NCBI GenBank assembly: GCA_963826485.1
Contig: CAWGXF010000010.1
Span: 380,466 to 412,465, forward strand
Reading direction: 5' to 3'
From: an uncultured Thermoleophilia bacterium
Lineage (GTDB): Bacteria; Actinomycetota; Thermoleophilia; Gaiellales; Gaiellaceae
DNA length: 32,000 nt
Under the pieces are notes generated by a model. The model had not been told where the DNA came from. It worked only from the letters and a program-made list of their open reading frames with translations, and made no database searches. Made by a program: the position numbers and the translations under genes. Positions 1 through 7,787 of this stretch are shown here, one piece after another; position 1 is the stretch's first letter, and each line of letters starts with the position of its first letter.

Positions 1-1015
1 CGATCGTGCCGCCGGCCGCACGGTGCGGGTACGGCGGTTCGTGCGCCCGCGCGCCGATGCCGTGGCAGATCGGGTGCGTCGGCTGGGCCGGATAGCCGAG
101 CTCGGAGAGACCGTCGCGCACGAGCACGTCGAGCTCGGCCATGCTCGCGCCCGGCTCGCAGTGGTCGATCGCGCTGCGGTAGACGGCCAGCAGCCCCTGC
201 TCGAGCGCGCGATAGTCCTCACGGGGCTCGCCGACGCAGAGGAGCTTCGTGTGGTCGGCCCAGTAGCCGTCGGCGCAGACCCAGATCTCGAACAGGGTCG
301 GCTCGCCCTCGACGACCGGGAGCTCCCCCGTCGCCGTGAACGTCTTGATGCCGCGGCCGGCCCAGATCAGCGAGAAGCCGAACGCCAGCTCGACCTTGCC
401 GTCCCAGCCCGTGCCACGGCCGTGCACGAAGGCCTGCCAGAGCGCGGCGACCTCGCTCTCCTTCATCCCGGGCCTGATCAGGCCGCGGACGTGCTCGGTC
501 GCGGCCGCGCAGATCTCGTTCGCAAGGCGCAGCCGCTCGATTTCCTGCTGGGTCTTGATCGACCGTGCGGGCACGATCACCGACATCGCGTCCTGCGCGT
601 CCGGCCAGGCGTCGAACCAGGCCTTCGTGAAGGTCGTCGGCTCGCCGACCATCCGGTCGGTCGCCTGCGTGCCCATCGACAGCTCGAGCCCGACCCGCTC
701 GTAGCCCGCGGTCGCGGCCCGCGCGGCTTCGAGAGTGCGCGCGGGAACCGGCCGAGGATCGTCGGGCGCATAGCCCTGCACGAGCCGGACGTCCGCCGCC
801 CACGCCATCCGCTCGGCGTCCTCCTCGGAAGCCTCGAGGCAGATCAGCACCGGCTCACCTTCACGCGGGAAGACGCAGGCGTCGTAGCCCTTCATGCTCC
901 AGAAGTTCGTCAGATAGAGAACGTTGTCGGGCGCCCGCACGACGAGCGCGTCGAGCTCGCGCTCGGCCATCAGCGCGCGGACGCGGTCGAGCTTCGCGTC
1001 ATCGCGCGCCCACAT
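1..1015 (-). CDS. M24 family metallopeptidase (Xaa-Pro aminopeptidase / creatinase-like); partial, 3' end lies beyond the left edge
   Basis: Absent from the ORF track because it runs off the window. My own minus-strand translation from ATG at 1015 gives MWARDDAKLDRVRALMAERELDALVVRAPDNVLYLTNFWSMKGYDACVF... and later ...SIKTQQEIERLRLANEICAA...HPICHGIGARAHEPPYP, the pita-bread HGIG..HE.P signature. The ATG shares one nt with the FAH stop (TGATG). Confidence 0.8.
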   Translation of the reverse strand, partial: MWARDDAKLDRVRALMAERELDALVVRAPDNVLYLTNFWSMKGYDACVFPREGEPVLICLEASEEDAERMAWAADVRLVQGYAPDDPRPVPARTLEAARAATAGYERVGLELSMGTQATDRMVGEPTTFTKAWFDAWPDAQDAMSVIVPARSIKTQQEIERLRLANEICAAATEHVRGLIRPGMKESEVAALWQAFVHGRGTGWDGKVELAFGFSLIWAGRGIKTFTATGELPVVEGEPTLFEIWVCADGYWADHTKLLCVGEPREDYRALEQGLLAVYRSAIDHCEPGASMAELDVLVRDGLSELGYPAQPTHPICHGIGARAHEPPYPHRAAGGTI

Positions 1016-1905
1016 CAGTGGGCCTCGTCTCCCCACGGGCGGATCCGCGGAGGCGGAGGCTCGCCGTGGCCCTCCTGCCACGAGACGACGGGGTTGCGCA
1101 GGACGCCGATCCGCTCGATCTGCGCCTCGATCACGTCGCCCGGCCTCAGGTAGAGAAGCGCGCGCTCCTCCGGCGACTTGAAGCCCGCGACGCCGGAGAC
1201 CGTCCCCGTGGAGAGCACGTCGCCCGCCGAATAGCCGAGTGCCGAGAAGTTCGACAGGATCTCCGGGATCGTCACGCTCATGCGACTCGAGTGCGACTCC
1301 TGACGCGTCTCGCCGTTCACCCGCAGCTCCATCGCCAGGTCGTGTGGATCCGGGATCTCGTCGGCGGTGACGATCCAAGGGCCGAGCGGGCAGAACGTGT
1401 CGATCGCCTTGCAGAAGCTGAAGACACCCGATTTCATCTCGCCGCGCTGGATGTCGCGCGCCGTGATGTCGTTGAAGATCACGTAACCGGCGATGTAATC
1501 CACCGCCTCTTCGGGCGAGAACCACTTCCCCGCACGCTTGAGCACGACCGCCAGCTCGAGCTCGTAGTCGAGCTCCTCCGTGAGGTGCTCGGGATAGATG
1601 ATCGGCTCGTCCGGACCGATGATCGCGTCGACGTTCTGGAAGAAGTTGATCCACGGAGCGATCGCGTGCGCCCAGTCGACGTTCTTCGACTCCTCCTCGT
1701 GCTCACGGAAGTTGCCGGCGGTATGGAAGAACTTCTTCGGGACGATCGGAGCCTGCAGCCGCACGTCCGCGAACGCCGTCCGCTCCGCGGAGTCCTCGGC
1801 TCCGCCGCGCTCGAAGTAGTCGCGCATCGTCGGCACCTCGAGCCGAACGACCTCCTCCCCGTCGATCCGGCCGACCTTCCCGCCGTCGTAGGTGATCAGC
1901 CTCAT
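1015..1905 (-). CDS. Fumarylacetoacetate hydrolase (FAH) family protein
   Basis: Last 296 codons of track ORF 1015..2421. Start taken as ATG 1905 (MRLITYDGGKVGRIDGEE...), which forms an ATGA overlap with the M20 stop. The upstream 172 codons are Arg/Pro-rich shadow sequence overlapping the M20 gene. FAH-like segments: DYELELAVVL, GYVIFNDITARD, GDVLSTGTVSGV. Confidence 0.9.
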   Translation of the reverse strand: MRLITYDGGKVGRIDGEEVVRLEVPTMRDYFERGGAEDSAERTAFADVRLQAPIVPKKFFHTAGNFREHEEESKNVDWAHAIAPWINFFQNVDAIIGPDEPIIYPEHLTEELDYELELAVVLKRAGKWFSPEEAVDYIAGYVIFNDITARDIQRGEMKSGVFSFCKAIDTFCPLGPWIVTADEIPDPHDLAMELRVNGETRQESHSSRMSVTIPEILSNFSALGYSAGDVLSTGTVSGVAGFKSPEERALLYLRPGDVIEAQIERIGVLRNPVVSWQEGHGEPPPPRIRPWGDEAH

Positions 1906-3116
1906 CCGCAGATCCTCTGCGCGACGAGGGCATAGGTCTCGGCGGTCTTGACGAGGCCGTCGATGTCGAGGTTCTCGCCGAGCTCCACGTCCATCAGGCC
2001 GGTGGATGTCCCGTAGTTCAGCGTCGGGATCCCGTAGCGGGTCAGGGCGGAAGCGTCGCTGAACCAGCGCGTGACGTCTCGAGCGGGCACCTCGCCGAAG
2101 ACCTGTTCGTGGGCGGCGTCGACCGCCTGAACGAGCTCGTGCCCCTCCTCGATCTCGGCGCCGGGCGCGGTCACGTAGACCTCGCCCTCGATCCCGTAGT
2201 CGGGGAACCGGTCCGCGAGCGAGCGCACGAGCTCGAGCACCTCGCGGCGTGCGGTGCTCATCTCCTTGGTCGGCGGCACGCGCACGTCGAGGAAGAGGTC
2301 GGTGTGGTGCGGCGTGCGCGACACGCGCCAGCCGAAGCCGCCGCGCACGGCGCCGACGTTGACGATCGCCTGCGCCCCGCGGTAGGCGTTCGACGGATCG
2401 CTCTCCCAGGTGGGGATCCACTCGAGCACGGCCTGGGTCACCTCGTGCATGCGCAGGATCGAGTTCTCACCGCGCTTGCCCTCGCTGAACGCGGAGTGGA
2501 TGAAGTTGCCGTGCGTGCGGATGCGCAGCCAGAGCGTCCCGAAGTGCCCGAGCACGACCTTGCCTTCGGTCGGCTCGCCGAGCAGGCACATGTCGGCGAC
2601 GCCGCCGTGCGAGACCAGGTACCTGGTGCCGGCGGCATAGCCGCGGTACTGCGCGCCCTGCGCCTCCGCGTACTGGGTCTTCTCGATCTCCCCGCACACG
2701 GCGGCGATCAGCACGTCGCCGCGCAAGCGCACCCCGGCGTCCTGCAGCGATCGGACCGCCTCCACATAGCACGCGAGCGCGCCCTTCATGTTCGAGATCC
2801 CGAGCCCGTAGAGACGCCCGTTCTTCACGAACGCGCTGGGCTGGAACCCCGGCACGTTCTTCAACCACGGCTCGCGGCCGGAGTACGACGTGTCCATGTG
2901 CCCGTTGAACATCAGCGACTTGCCGCCACCCGTCCCGCGCCAGGTCCCAAGCGCGTTCGCGCGGCCTTCCTCGACCTGCTGCCATTGAATCTGCAGGCCC
3001 ATCCGCTCGAAGAGGGAGGCCATCAGCTCCGCCAGCCGCTGCTCGTCGCCGGTGAAGCTGTGCACGTCGATCAGCGCACTCGCCGTCTCGACGAGCCTGC
3101 TCTTGTTGATCCTCAA
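1902..3116 (-). CDS. M20 family metallopeptidase / amidohydrolase (ArgE/DapE/ACY1-like deacylase)
   Basis: 404-aa ORF. TTG start at 3116 is preceded by GGGGGAG with a 4-nt spacer. FNGHMDT metal motif, GLGISNMKGA and CGEIE segments at the positions of the canonical D-x-KG and DEE motifs, and a lid/dimerisation-length insert. Confidence 0.88.
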   Translation of the reverse strand: MRINKSRLVETASALIDVHSFTGDEQRLAELMASLFERMGLQIQWQQVEEGRANALGTWRGTGGGKSLMFNGHMDTSYSGREPWLKNVPGFQPSAFVKNGRLYGLGISNMKGALACYVEAVRSLQDAGVRLRGDVLIAAVCGEIEKTQYAEAQGAQYRGYAAGTRYLVSHGGVADMCLLGEPTEGKVVLGHFGTLWLRIRTHGNFIHSAFSEGKRGENSILRMHEVTQAVLEWIPTWESDPSNAYRGAQAIVNVGAVRGGFGWRVSRTPHHTDLFLDVRVPPTKEMSTARREVLELVRSLADRFPDYGIEGEVYVTAPGAEIEEGHELVQAVDAAHEQVFGEVPARDVTRWFSDASALTRYGIPTLNYGTSTGLMDVELGENLDIDGLVKTAETYALVAQRICG

Positions 3117-3140
3117 ACCGCTCCCCCACCGATCCGGACG

Positions 3141-3260
3141 TGCCGCGAAGGGCCACGTCGGGTGTCAGACACAGAAAAGAAACGGTGACGATTCATCCAC
3201 TGCCGCGAAGGGCCACGTCGGGTGTCAGACACAGACCAGAAACCGTGACGATTCATCCAC
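3141..3260. repeat. Two tandem copies of a 60-bp unit (3141-3200 and 3201-3260, 57/60 identical), each with a perfect 5-1-5 palindrome GTGTCAGACAC
   Basis: Direct reading. Copy 1: tgccgcgaagggccacgtcgggtgtcagacacagaaaagaaacggtgacgattcatccac. Copy 2 differs at 3 positions (aa to cc, g to c). Lies in the 160-bp gap between the LLM stop (3277) and the M20 start (3116). Confidence 0.95.
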
Positions 3261-3276
3261 AGCCGGCGGGGCACCG

Positions 3277-4311
3277 TCAGCTCCGGACGTGTGGAAGAAC
3301 GCGCTCTCCGAAGAGGCGGATCTGCTCGTGGCGGTCCGCGCCCCACAGCTCGAGCATCACATGGGTGCAGCCGGCGTCCTTGTACTCCTCGATGGCGGCG
3401 ATGCAGTCCGCCGGCGTGCCGGCGATCGGCTTGCACTTGTCGAGGATCGCGTCGGAGACGACCTCCTTCGCGGCCAGCCTGCCGCCGCGCTCCATCGCCT
3501 CGGCGACGGGCCGTATCTCGTCCTGCTCGAGGCCGGCGACGTCGAGCAGCGTGTCCGCGGCCCCCTGGATGTTCTGCACCTTGTTCGCCAGGTACATCCC
3601 GGCGATCTCACGCGCACCGTCACGCCCCTGGTCGCGGTCGGTGGCGTGGATCGAGGCGACGACCGTACAGCCGATGTCGATGTCCGCCTGGACGTTTTCG
3701 CGCGTATGGCGCACGAAGGCCGGAGTCGTGATCGACGGGGTCAGGCAGCCGTCGGCGATCTCGCCGGCGAGCGCCTGCATCTTCGGCGCGGTCGCGGCGA
3801 CATACACCGGCGGCACGCCGCGCGGCGTGTGCGCCTCCGGCCGCAACGCGGGGACGTCGGCGCTCCACGTATCGCCGTCGTACTCGAAGCGCTCGCCGCC
3901 GAGCACGCCGCGCACGATCTCGACGGCATCGCGCATCGGCCCGAGCGTCTTCCTGGTCTGCATCTTGGTGTTGTTGAGGAAGATCTTCGAGGTCCCGAAG
4001 CCAACGATGAACCGGCCCGGGCCCGCGGCCTCCTGCACGACCCGCGCGTCCATTGCGACCTGTACGGGATGCCGGGTCGAGGCGGCGATGATTCCCCAGC
4101 CGATCGTCAGCTGCTTCGTCTCGCGCGCCATCAACGCGGAGACGACGGTCGACGACCGCGCCTCCATGCCGTGCTTGCGCCACCACGGATACGCCTCGGC
4201 GAGCCAGATTGTGTCCATGCCCGCCTCGTCCATCGCACGCGCCGATGCCAGCATCTCGTCGAGCGGCTCCATGGTGAGCTGCATGACGCCGATCCGAAAC
4301 GGCACTGCCAT
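3277..4311 (-). CDS. LLM-class (luciferase-like) flavin/F420-dependent oxidoreductase
   Basis: 344 codons from ATG 4311 (MAVPFRIGVMQLTMEPLDEMLASARAMDEAGMDTIWLAEAYPWW...). The 137 upstream codons of track ORF 3277..4722 are shadow sequence overlapping coxG. Family-like segments: RFIVGFGTS, PPVYVAATAPKM, GCTHVMLEL. One-nt overlap (TGATG) with the coxG stop. Confidence 0.88.
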   Translation of the reverse strand: MAVPFRIGVMQLTMEPLDEMLASARAMDEAGMDTIWLAEAYPWWRKHGMEARSSTVVSALMARETKQLTIGWGIIAASTRHPVQVAMDARVVQEAAGPGRFIVGFGTSKIFLNNTKMQTRKTLGPMRDAVEIVRGVLGGERFEYDGDTWSADVPALRPEAHTPRGVPPVYVAATAPKMQALAGEIADGCLTPSITTPAFVRHTRENVQADIDIGCTVVASIHATDRDQGRDGAREIAGMYLANKVQNIQGAADTLLDVAGLEQDEIRPVAEAMERGGRLAAKEVVSDAILDKCKPIAGTPADCIAAIEEYKDAGCTHVMLELWGADRHEQIRLFGERVLPHVRS

Positions 4312-4769
4312 CAAGCAGCTCCGCCCGCGACCGCATCCTGCACCTGGCGGTCGAGTGCGGAGAGCACGTGCTCCACCTGCTGGTTGACGATCGGCTGAAG
4401 CACGCGTTGCCCCATCGAGCCGACCGGCCCTGCGATCTTCACATCGGCCGCCCACTTCATCGCCGTTCCCTCGTCGACGTCGTTCAGCTCGAACGAGGTG
4501 ATCATCGAAAGCATCGCCCCGACACCTTTGCCCTTGATGTTCAACTGGGCGTACTCGGGCTCGCGCTCCTCGGTCTTGTCCATGTCGATCTTCATCTTCA
4601 GACCGCCGAGCCCGAGCGGGATCTTCACGTTCGCGGTCCAGCGCTTTGCGTCGTGAATGTCGAAGCTCTCGACACCGGGCATCGTCTTCGCCATCGAAGC
4701 CGGATCGTTCAACACCCGCCAAACGGCCTGCCGCGGCGCCGCAAAGGTGCGCTCACCTGAAACGTTCAT
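4311..4769 (-). CDS. CoxG / SRPBCC family protein (carbon monoxide dehydrogenase subunit G-like)
   Basis: 152 codons from ATG 4769 (MNVSGERTFAAPRQAVWRVLNDPASMAKTMPGVESFDIHDAKRWTANVKIPLGLGGLKMK...). The rest of track ORF 4311..5060 is shadow sequence. Confidence 0.85.
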   Translation of the reverse strand: MNVSGERTFAAPRQAVWRVLNDPASMAKTMPGVESFDIHDAKRWTANVKIPLGLGGLKMKIDMDKTEEREPEYAQLNIKGKGVGAMLSMITSFELNDVDEGTAMKWAADVKIAGPVGSMGQRVLQPIVNQQVEHVLSALDRQVQDAVAGGAA

Positions 4770-4843
4770 ACCCGCTCCCGGTCCGGCAAAGCCGGCCCGT
4801 CGCTCTTTGCCGGCTCCGTCGAGCCTACGCCGGAAACGTTCAT
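4766..4843 (-). CDS. 25-codon relay mini-ORF (MNVSGVGSTEPAKSDGPALPDRERV) bridging coxL and coxG; translation unproven
   Basis: Its ATG (4843-4841) forms an ATGA overlap with the coxL stop, and its TGA (4768-4766) forms an ATGA overlap with the coxG ATG. The first five codons duplicate the coxG N-terminus. It corresponds to the last 25 codons of track ORF 4766..6796. Confidence 0.25.
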   Translation of the reverse strand: MNVSGVGSTEPAKSDGPALPDRERV

Positions 4844-7317
4844 GCGTCCACCACGCTGACACGTCCGCCGGCCTCGGCGGGGCGTTCCAACAACTCCCAG
4901 ACGCGGTGGTACGGATTGCAGCTGTCGGAGACGATCGCGTCGCCGTGCCCACGCAACGCGTCCTGCACGGCCGCGCAGACCGCGTGGATGCCGGCTCCGC
5001 CGCCCTCGCCCATCCCCTTCGTGCCGAGCGGCGTGAACGGCGACGGGCTCTCGATCGCACCTGTCTTGAGCGGCGGCATGTCCAGCGCGTGCGGGACGTG
5101 GTAGTCGTAGAAGTTCGGCGTCAACAGGTTGCCGTCCTCGTCGTAGGCGAAGTGCTCGTGGGTCGCCGCGCCGAGCGCGTGCGCCGTGGCGCCCATCACC
5201 TGCCCCTCGACGATCTGCGGATTGATGCGCCTGCCGCAGTCGTCGACGGCGGCATAGTCGACGATGTCGTAGGCGCCGGTCTCCGGGTCGATCTCGATCA
5301 CGGCGGCATGGATCTGAGTCGCGTACGTCAGCGTCAGGTTGCCGAACTTTCGTTCGATGTCCGGCACCTGGAACGGCGGCCGGTAGACGTACCGACAGTT
5401 GAGCGTCACGCCGAGATCCTCCGGCAGCCCCGCGTTGTTCGCGTTGATGATCGCACCGCAGGCCATGAACGGCAGGAACGCCTCGGGATTCTCCTTGATG
5501 CGGACGCCGCCCTCGGCGAGCTCCAGCGCGTCGGCCGGCACACCGCCGAAAACCGCCCCGGCGAGCTTCTTGATCTCGGCGGCGAGCATGTCCGTCGCAC
5601 CCTTGACCGCGCTGAGGCCCGTGACGGCGAACTGCGATGCGTAGGTGCCGGAGAAGCCCGCGTGCGAGTTCCAGTAGGAGTCGTGTCCCGCGCGCACGTG
5701 CACGTCGTCGACCGAGCACTCGAGTATGTCCGCGACCACCTGCGCGGCGGTCGTCTCGTGTCCCTGGCCCTGCGGCGTCGTCCCGAGCGTGACCACGATC
5801 TCGCCGAAGATGTCGAGCTTCACCGTCGCGACCTCGTTGTTGCCGGAGAACTGAAGCTCGGGATTGATCATGCGCGACTGGCCGAAGTTGTTCGTCCCGC
5901 TGTCGAGCGTCGAGCCAATCCCGAGTCCCAACAGCTTTCCGCGCGCAGCTGCCTCGGAACGTCGCGCCGCCACGTTCCGATGGTCGACCAGCTCCAGCGC
6001 CATGTCGAGCATCCTCGAGTAGTCGCCCGAGTCGTAGACGCAGCCGTTCGGCGTCTCGTACGGCATGTCCTCGGCCTTGATGTAGTTGCGCTTGCGCATC
6101 TCGACCGGATCGATGTCCAACTCGTGGGCGACGATGTCGATCACGCGCTCGGTGAACCAGAGGTGCTGCATACGCGAGTACCCGCGATTCGGCGACACGG
6201 GCGCCTTGTTGGTCGCGACCTGAGTGAAGTCGACGCGGATATTGCGCCACTTGTACATTCCGGGAGTGACCTGGGCCCAGATGACGCCTCCCAGCGGCTC
6301 GTAGCGAAGCCACGCGCCCGCGTCGTCGAGCGCCTTCGTCCGGAAGCCGAGCAGGGTCCCGTCGTTCAAGACGGCGACTTCCGTCTCCTGGAACCAGCGC
6401 TCGTTGCCGTGCGACATCGACATGTGGAAGTCGGTGCGCCACTCGGTCCACTGCACGGGCCGGCCGAGCTTGCGCGCGAGCAGGCAGCAGACGACGAGCT
6501 GAGGGTGCGACGTGATCTTGTTGCCGAAACCGCCGCCGATGTCCTGCGTCACAAAACGAAGCTTGTCGAGCCCGGTGCGCATGGCCGGGCCCATCATGAT
6601 CGCGGCGAAGCCCGGGAACTGGTTGTTCGTGTGAATCGTCCACTGCCCGATGCCCTTGTTGTATTCGACGAGCGCACCGTCGCATTCGAGCGGCGTGGAG
6701 TTGAACCGGTGGAAGTGCAGCTCGTCGATCTTCACGATCTTGTCGGCCTCGGCGAACGCGGCGTCGAGATCGCCCCACTCGTACGTGCCGTGCCACATCA
6801 GGTTGCCGCCCGCATCCTCGTGGATCGTCGGGGCACCGTCGTCCTGCGCCCGGCGCGCGTCGGTGACGGCGTCGAGCGGCTCGTACTCGATCTCGATCAG
6901 CTCCGACGCATCGCGGGCGCGCTCGCGGGTGTCGGCCACGACCGCGACGATCGCCTCGCCCACGTAGCGCACCTTGCCGACGGCCAGCGCATAGTCCTTG
7001 AGGTTCGCACCCGGCACCGACGAGATCTGGAAGAACGGATCGGTGAGCGCGGCAACCTCTTCCCCCGTCAGCGTGCCGTGGACGCCCGGCATCTGCTCCG
7101 CCTTCGAGACATCGATCGACGTGATGTGCGCGTGGGCGTACGGCGAGCGCACGAAGTGGATGAAGCCCATGCCGTGCCGCTTGACGTCGTCGACGAAGAC
7201 GCCCTGCCCCTGCACGAGCCGGCGGTCCTCCTTGCGCGGGACGCTCTGGCCCTTCCAGACCTCGGCCGGTGCCTCGACCTCGGTCGTCTCGGGCGCGATC
7301 GTGGTCGACGACGTCAT
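4840..7317 (-). CDS. Xanthine dehydrogenase / CoxL-family molybdopterin-binding large subunit; substrate unknown
   Basis: 825 codons from ATG 7317 (MTSSTTIAPETTEVEAPAEVWKGQSVPRKEDRRLVQGQGVFVDD...), which forms an ATGA overlap with the coxS stop. Mo-hydroxylase hallmarks GGGFGNK and PLGTKGMGEGG (catalytic Glu loop). No AYxCSFR or AYRGAGR string anywhere in the protein. Confidence 0.93.
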   Translation of the reverse strand: MTSSTTIAPETTEVEAPAEVWKGQSVPRKEDRRLVQGQGVFVDDVKRHGMGFIHFVRSPYAHAHITSIDVSKAEQMPGVHGTLTGEEVAALTDPFFQISSVPGANLKDYALAVGKVRYVGEAIVAVVADTRERARDASELIEIEYEPLDAVTDARRAQDDGAPTIHEDAGGNLMWHGTYEWGDLDAAFAEADKIVKIDELHFHRFNSTPLECDGALVEYNKGIGQWTIHTNNQFPGFAAIMMGPAMRTGLDKLRFVTQDIGGGFGNKITSHPQLVVCCLLARKLGRPVQWTEWRTDFHMSMSHGNERWFQETEVAVLNDGTLLGFRTKALDDAGAWLRYEPLGGVIWAQVTPGMYKWRNIRVDFTQVATNKAPVSPNRGYSRMQHLWFTERVIDIVAHELDIDPVEMRKRNYIKAEDMPYETPNGCVYDSGDYSRMLDMALELVDHRNVAARRSEAAARGKLLGLGIGSTLDSGTNNFGQSRMINPELQFSGNNEVATVKLDIFGEIVVTLGTTPQGQGHETTAAQVVADILECSVDDVHVRAGHDSYWNSHAGFSGTYASQFAVTGLSAVKGATDMLAAEIKKLAGAVFGGVPADALELAEGGVRIKENPEAFLPFMACGAIINANNAGLPEDLGVTLNCRYVYRPPFQVPDIERKFGNLTLTYATQIHAAVIEIDPETGAYDIVDYAAVDDCGRRINPQIVEGQVMGATAHALGAATHEHFAYDEDGNLLTPNFYDYHVPHALDMPPLKTGAIESPSPFTPLGTKGMGEGGGAGIHAVCAAVQDALRGHGDAIVSDSCNPYHRVWELLERPAEAGGRVSVVDA

Positions 7318-7787
7318 TCGGACGCCGCCTTGACGGCCTCGACGATGTTCCAGTAGCCGGTGCAGCGGCAGATGTTCCCCTGCAGGCCCTTCTTGATCTC
7401 GCCTTCCGAGGGGTGCGGGCTCCGACGCAGGAGCGCCGTGGCGCTCATCAGCATCCCGGGGGTGCAGTAGCCGCACTGGAGCGCGTGGTTGTCCTTGAAC
7501 GCCTGTTGCAGCTTCGAGAGCTCGTCGCCGTCGGCGAGGCCCTCGACCGTCTCCACGGTGGCGCCGTCGGCCTGGACGGCGAGCATCATGCAGCTCTTCA
7601 CCAGCGAGCCGTCCACGATCACCGAGCACGCCCCACAGTTACCGGTGTCGCAGCCGATGTGGCTTCCGGTCAGGTCGAGGTCGTCGCGGATGAAATGGAT
7701 GAGGAGCTTCCGCGCTTCGACCTCGCGCTCGTAGACGGTGCCGTTGATCGTGACGGTGATCGACCTGGACGACGTGACGGTGCTCAA
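7314..7787 (-). CDS. (2Fe-2S)-binding small subunit of the Mo hydroxylase (CoxS-like)
   Basis: 157 aa. TTG start at 7787 has AGGAG 6 nt upstream and forms a TTGA overlap with the coxM stop. Cluster motifs GCDTGNCGAC, CGYCTPG and CRCTGY. Confidence 0.93.
   Translation of the reverse strand: MSTVTSSRSITVTINGTVYEREVEARKLLIHFIRDDLDLTGSHIGCDTGNCGACSVIVDGSLVKSCMMLAVQADGATVETVEGLADGDELSKLQQAFKDNHALQCGYCTPGMLMSATALLRRSPHPSEGEIKKGLQGNICRCTGYWNIVEAVKAASE

Noticed and set aside
23-1153. 376-aa plus-strand ORF at the left edge
   Set aside because: It is the antisense shadow of the partial M24 peptidase gene, whose minus-strand translation shows the HGIG..HE.P signature. The plus-frame product has no recognisable motifs.
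3141-3260. Possible CRISPR array
   Set aside because: There are only two directly abutting 60-bp copies with no spacers and no cas genes. This is a tandem duplication, not a CRISPR array.
4657-7356. 899-aa plus-strand ORF, plus the 676-aa minus-strand ORF 4766..6796, overlapping coxL
   Set aside because: These have the Arg/Asp/His/Val-rich, low-information composition typical of stop-free shadow frames in high-GC DNA. The coxL frame carries clear family motifs. Only the last 25 codons of 4766..6796 are considered further, as the relay mini-ORF.
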